20,000 bases of DNA from an uncultured virus (IMG/VR IMGVR_UViG_3300017782_006724) (Duplodnaviria; Heunggongvirae; Uroviricota; Caudoviricetes): IMG/VR virus record IMGVR_UViG_3300017782_006724, one strand, 5' to 3'. The stretch's first letter is position 1, and every line of letters begins with the position of its first letter. Below the pieces are notes generated by a model. It was not told where the DNA came from. It was given only the letters and a program-made list of their open reading frames with translations, and made no database searches. A program made the translations under genes and the position numbers. Shown piece by piece: positions 15,750-20,000 of this stretch.

Positions 15750-16717
15750 TGACATTCACTACTGATAAAAATAGAAAAGCTGAAAAATTAGTACAGTCAC
15801 GTATAAAGGAATCACTGCCTGCATATTTTACAGAAGATAATCCTAATTTAATAACATTTTTGGAAAAATATTATGAGTTTTTGGATAGTGATGGGCAATA
15901 TTCGTTTAATTCATCAGTACGTGAAATTATTTCTGCAAGAGACACACAAGAAAATAGCACTGAGTTATTAAATGAGGTTATAAAGGAAATAGGCGACGGT
16001 TTACAGTCTGCTTCATTTTTCCACCAACCTAGATTAATGGCCAAACTTCTTGGTGCATTTTATAGATCCAAAGGAACCTTGGTTTCTGCCGAAGGATTTT
16101 TTAGAGGATTTTTTAATGAGTCCTTGGAAGTTGAATACCCTAAGGATCAAATTTTTATTGTGGGTGAATCTAATATAGGATTTGAGGATAGAAAGTTTAT
16201 TCAAAATAATGAGTTATATCAAATATTTTCTATATTACTTAAAACTGGTATATCAACTAGCGATTATGAATCATTGTATAAAAAGTTTGTACACCCTGCT
16301 GGTTGGTATTTTCAAGGCGAGGTTATTACCACAAATGAAATAAATTTAAATATTAATCAACTTGCAAGCGGTGATAGTATTAGACCAGATCTTATAGAAA
16401 CATCAACAAAAGTATTTGGACCAGAAACACTTATCACACCTACATTACCATTTCACGAACTTACATTACTCCTTGATAGTAATGGACAAAATGTAAGAGC
16501 AACATTATCAAGTTTGATCTCTGCCTATCAGGATCTTACTGCAGCAGAAATTAATAAATTTTATAATTCTATTATAGAAATAATAACTCCAAATTCATTT
16601 ACATTTGACGATAGCAATGTAGGTGATAGCGGAAGAGCAAGGCCAGACTTCTCAATTGCAATTGAGACTATGGATAATGATATGTTTACAAGATATTCTT
16701 CAGATTCCACCTTTTAA
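15749..16717 (+). CDS. gp7: Baseplate wedge subunit gp7-like (short)
   Basis: LPAYF....PNLITFLEKYYEFL; FYRSKGT..S...FFR.FFNE..EVEYP; YKKFVHPAGW; follows gp6. Confidence 0.8.
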   Translation: MTFTTDKNRKAEKLVQSRIKESLPAYFTEDNPNLITFLEKYYEFLDSDGQYSFNSSVREIISARDTQENSTELLNEVIKEIGDGLQSASFFHQPRLMAKLLGAFYRSKGTLVSAEGFFRGFFNESLEVEYPKDQIFIVGESNIGFEDRKFIQNNELYQIFSILLKTGISTSDYESLYKKFVHPAGWYFQGEVITTNEINLNINQLASGDSIRPDLIETSTKVFGPETLITPTLPFHELTLLLDSNGQNVRATLSSLISAYQDLTAAEINKFYNSIIEIITPNSFTFDDSNVGDSGRARPDFSIAIETMDNDMFTRYSSDSTF

Positions 16718-16721
16718 CAGA

Positions 16722-16729
16722 TATAAATA
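16722..16729 (+). promoter_or_regulatory. T4-type late promoter TATAAATA
   Basis: Exact consensus in the gap between gp7 and gp9/10-like. Confidence 0.85.
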
Positions 16730-16752
16730 GAATAAACACAAAAGAGTAAAAA

Positions 16753-17577
16753 ATGACAAGACAAATTATTAGTACAGGAACCGCGGCAAATGATGGTACC
16801 GGTGATACTTTACGAAGTGCTGGTGTTAAGATAAACGAAAATTTTAAATCAATATATACTCTATTGGGTGATAGTAATAGTTTTTCTACTCAAATATCGC
16901 TTGAAGATAGTGCAGTAGTATTTGAAGGTGCTACACCAGACGGCAATGAAATGAGATTGACAACTGTTGAACCTTCAGCAGATCGTCAAATTCAATTACC
17001 AAATGCAAGTGGTATTGTAACCCTTAATAATGCAACTCAAACTTTAACGAATAAGACACTTACAAGCCCCGCAATTACTACGCCATCTATTACCACAGCT
17101 ATTAATGATGCAAATGATAATGAGATTATTAAGTTTACTGCAACAGGATCGGCAGTTAACGAAATTACGGTTGTTAACTCAACTAGTACTGACGCGGTTC
17201 AGATTAATGCAACAGGAACAGCCACGAACCTTAATTTAAATTTAAATGCAAAAGGCACTGGTTCAGTTAACTTGAGTAAAGCTGCTTTTAGTTCTACAAC
17301 TGTTGATACTAATGCTGCGTCAATAGTAAGTGGCACATTAATTATAGGAAATAAAAGTGTAGGTAGTACTTTAACACTAAGTTTACTTAATGGAACTACT
17401 GTAGGCGAATATAAAATTTTTACAAATAAAGGTTCAGACGCAATGGAAGTTACACCAGTTACTTTTAGAGGTTCTCAAACTAAATTCACATTAGCACAAT
17501 TTGACGGTTGTACCTGTATATGGGATGGAAGCGCTTGGTTCTTAGTAGGAAACCAAGGCGAAGTAACGGTAGCATAA
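16753..17577 (+). CDS. Baseplate wedge tail fibre connector, gp9/gp10 N-terminal family
   Basis: MTRQIISTGTAANDGTGDTLRSAGVKINENF is the gp9/gp10 N-terminal motif; also has a QTLTNKTLTSP fibre-type motif. Confidence 0.8.
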   Translation: MTRQIISTGTAANDGTGDTLRSAGVKINENFKSIYTLLGDSNSFSTQISLEDSAVVFEGATPDGNEMRLTTVEPSADRQIQLPNASGIVTLNNATQTLTNKTLTSPAITTPSITTAINDANDNEIIKFTATGSAVNEITVVNSTSTDAVQINATGTATNLNLNLNAKGTGSVNLSKAAFSSTTVDTNAASIVSGTLIIGNKSVGSTLTLSLLNGTTVGEYKIFTNKGSDAMEVTPVTFRGSQTKFTLAQFDGCTCIWDGSAWFLVGNQGEVTVA

Positions 17578-17587
17578 GGAATAGAAT

Positions 17588-18958
17588 ATGTCAGCAATAG
17601 TAACAGATGATTTAAAACACACAATTTCAGAATTTTTGCTAGAGGATTCTGCCGCGACATATTATGTTGGAATCGGTAAGGTTGATCAATATGATTCCTC
17701 GGATATAGTGGCAACTCCTTTAAGAACAAATTTTGAAGAGGCAGAGGCTAGAGCAAATTTAATTTCGATTAAAAAGGTTCCAAACGGAAATATGTCTTTC
17801 GTTATTCCCAGATATAACTGGGTTTCTGGTACAACATACTCTGCGTTTTCGGATACATCTGTTGGCATACCTACAAATAGTTATTACGTTCTTACAGAGG
17901 ATAATGAAGTATATATCTGTATACAACAAGGTAAAACTGCTACTGGAGCATCAAACGTTTCTATTGTTAAACCATCACATACTGCGGCCGGTGTACCTGA
18001 TACGGCAATATTTCAAACCGCAGATGGTTATAGATGGAAATTTGCATATTCATTATCTGCCTCCAGAGCAAATACATTTTTAACATCAGGTTTTATTCCA
18101 ATTGAGTATGTTAAAAATATTGGTTCTCCAAATTCGTTTCAAACCCAACAAAAAAACATCGAGGCAAGTGCTGATAGTGGAGCAATTGTTGGCGTAAGAA
18201 TTGTTGAAGGTGGAAGTGGATATACTGGCTCAACTCTTTCGATTAAATTTAGAGGGGATGGTCAAGAAGCCTCGGCAACTGCAACAATATCAAGTGGGGC
18301 AATTGTAAAAGTTGAAATGGATGATTCTGCCAGTGCTGTTGGTAATGGCGGTGGTAGGGATTACACTTATGCAAGTGCATCATTTACAGGTAACGCAACA
18401 TTAAAACCGATTTTAAGTTCAAAAAATGGATTAGGTAGTGATCTTGTCAGAGATTTAAAATGTAATTCAATTATGTTTAATGCAAAACTTACTGGTTCTG
18501 AAAATGGTACCATTAATACTGATAATGATTTTAGACAAATAACCTTAATGAGAAATTTAACCGATAATATTTCTGGTGCCAGAATAAATGCTACCAGTTA
18601 TAAGGTAGGTAGGTCCATTCATATGGATGCCACTGTTGCAGGAATTGGTGCAGATGCTACCATAACGGATGAAACGTCTGGTGTTACGGCAACTGTGGTT
18701 GAGGTCGATAGTGATGGTTCTGCTCTTCCAGCTGCGGGTAAAACCATCTTCAGATTTATTCAAAATCAAAATAATATAATTGGACCATTTACTGCAGGTG
18801 GAGACATTAATGGTGGAGCAGGTACAATTGAATCAACGGGTGATTCCGATGGTCTTGTAGATATTAACTCCGGCGAGATGTTATACATAGAAAATAGATC
18901 AAAAGTGCAGAGAAGCACATCACAATCAGAAGATATAAAAATTATTTTAACGGTGTAA
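17588..18958 (+). CDS. gp8: Baseplate wedge subunit
   Basis: MSAIVTD; VIPRYNWVSGTTY; YYVLTEDNEVYICI; TADGYRWKFAY; NDFRQITLMRN; SGEMLYIENR...RSTSQSEDIKII. Confidence 0.92.
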   Translation: MSAIVTDDLKHTISEFLLEDSAATYYVGIGKVDQYDSSDIVATPLRTNFEEAEARANLISIKKVPNGNMSFVIPRYNWVSGTTYSAFSDTSVGIPTNSYYVLTEDNEVYICIQQGKTATGASNVSIVKPSHTAAGVPDTAIFQTADGYRWKFAYSLSASRANTFLTSGFIPIEYVKNIGSPNSFQTQQKNIEASADSGAIVGVRIVEGGSGYTGSTLSIKFRGDGQEASATATISSGAIVKVEMDDSASAVGNGGGRDYTYASASFTGNATLKPILSSKNGLGSDLVRDLKCNSIMFNAKLTGSENGTINTDNDFRQITLMRNLTDNISGARINATSYKVGRSIHMDATVAGIGADATITDETSGVTATVVEVDSDGSALPAAGKTIFRFIQNQNNIIGPFTAGGDINGGAGTIESTGDSDGLVDINSGEMLYIENRSKVQRSTSQSEDIKIILTV

Positions 18959-18962
18959 ACAA

Positions 18963-20000
18963 ATGACAACCTCAGTAACAAATACCACATTTCCAATAAC
19001 TTATAAAGATGATTTTGTAGATTCTGATAATTTTCACAGAGTTTTATTTAATTCAGGAAAAGCATTACAATCCAGAGAATTGACCCAAATGCAGACAATT
19101 ATCCAGGAGGAAATTGCTAGATTTGGTTCAAATATTTTTGTAGAAGGTGGTGTTGTTAATGGTTCCGGTTTCACGGTTAATAATAAATACGAATATATTA
19201 GACTTGCTGATGGTACACTTACAGGTGATGGTTCAAATCTTATAGGTATTGAATTTACTGAGGATGGTACTGGTGTAAAATTTAAAATTTTAGAAGTTGT
19301 TAAAAGTGAGATCACTGGAGGCGATGATACACTATATGTTAGATATACAAATACTTCTGGTGGCACGAGTGGTTCCACTCCAGTAAGAGTTCAAAATAAC
19401 GCGACTTTAACAGCGCCCACATTTGCTAATTTATTAGTTACTAATGAAAGCGCAACTGGTTCTGGTACTCAAATTTCAATTGGTGCTGGCAGTTTTTTTG
19501 TTCAAGGTCATTTTGTATTTGCTACAGCCCAAACAGTTCTTGCATCATACTATTCATCAACTCCTACACTAACTATGGGATTTAAAATTGATGAGGAAGT
19601 CATATCTGTTAACGATGATGCTACATTATATGATAATCAAGGTGCCGTACCTAATACTGCAGCGCCTGGTGCAGATAGATATAGAATTAAATTAACTCTT
19701 ATTGACCAGGCAAATATTACCTCTGGTCAAAATTTCATATACCTATTTAAATTATTTAATGGTAACATTTCCGATGAGGTCAGAAAAGATAATTCATATT
19801 CAACGATTAATGACGTTATGGCTCTTAGAACAAAAGAGGAATCAGGTAATTATATTGTAAAGGACTTTACTGCCAATTTTGAAATTAATGACAGCGCTAC
19901 TAGTCCAAATCTTACATTAAAAGTTTCCGACGGTACGGCCTATGTCGATGGATATAGAATTGAGTCAAGTGCAAAAGATATTATTGTAGAAAAAGCCCAG
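18963..20000 (+). CDS. VrlC-like (DUF4815) large virion structural protein, partial
   Basis: Not in the ORF track because it runs off the end. MTTSVTNTTFPITYKDDFVDSDNFHRVLFNSGKALQSRELTQMQTIIQ...FVQGHFV...LYDNQG..PN.AAPGADRYRIKL...RTKEESGNY; follows gp8. Confidence 0.85.
   Translation, partial: MTTSVTNTTFPITYKDDFVDSDNFHRVLFNSGKALQSRELTQMQTIIQEEIARFGSNIFVEGGVVNGSGFTVNNKYEYIRLADGTLTGDGSNLIGIEFTEDGTGVKFKILEVVKSEITGGDDTLYVRYTNTSGGTSGSTPVRVQNNATLTAPTFANLLVTNESATGSGTQISIGAGSFFVQGHFVFATAQTVLASYYSSTPTLTMGFKIDEEVISVNDDATLYDNQGAVPNTAAPGADRYRIKLTLIDQANITSGQNFIYLFKLFNGNISDEVRKDNSYSTINDVMALRTKEESGNYIVKDFTANFEINDSATSPNLTLKVSDGTAYVDGYRIESSAKDIIVEKAQ

Noticed and set aside
3795..19378. Minus-strand ORFs opposite the structural operon (e.g. 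5665-6033, 9984-10415, 19034-19378) and short alternate-frame plus ORFs (11153-11356, 17862-18083)
   Set aside because: They overlap conserved genes entirely or almost entirely and have composition typical of shadow frames.

Overview
AT-rich, gene-dense structural region of a T4-like (Tevenvirinae/cyanomyophage/pelagiphage-type) myovirus, probably from an aquatic heterotroph host (host is inference only). Left, minus strand: head completion gp4, DNA end protector gp2, tube initiator gp54, gp26-like and gp51-like genes, and a partial tape-measure-like gene with 11-aa repeats. Right, plus strand: gp48, gp53, gp27-like hub, a short gp5 spike without lysozyme, and PAAR. These are followed by a ~5.8 kb nine-gene accessory cassette (mini-fibres, chaperones, Gly-rich adhesin-like protein, 2OG-Fe(II) oxygenase), then gp25, gp6, gp7, gp9/10-like, gp8 and a partial VrlC-like gene. 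T4 late promoter boxes (TATAAATA) precede several genes. The strongest lead is a candidate programmed -1 ribosomal frameshift (U_UUU_UUA with an SD-like GGAGG 10 nt upstream) that would fuse gp26-like to gp51-like directly upstream of the tape measure gene, the arrangement of lambda G/GT tail assembly chaperones. All family calls are from motif recognition and synteny; no database search was run.
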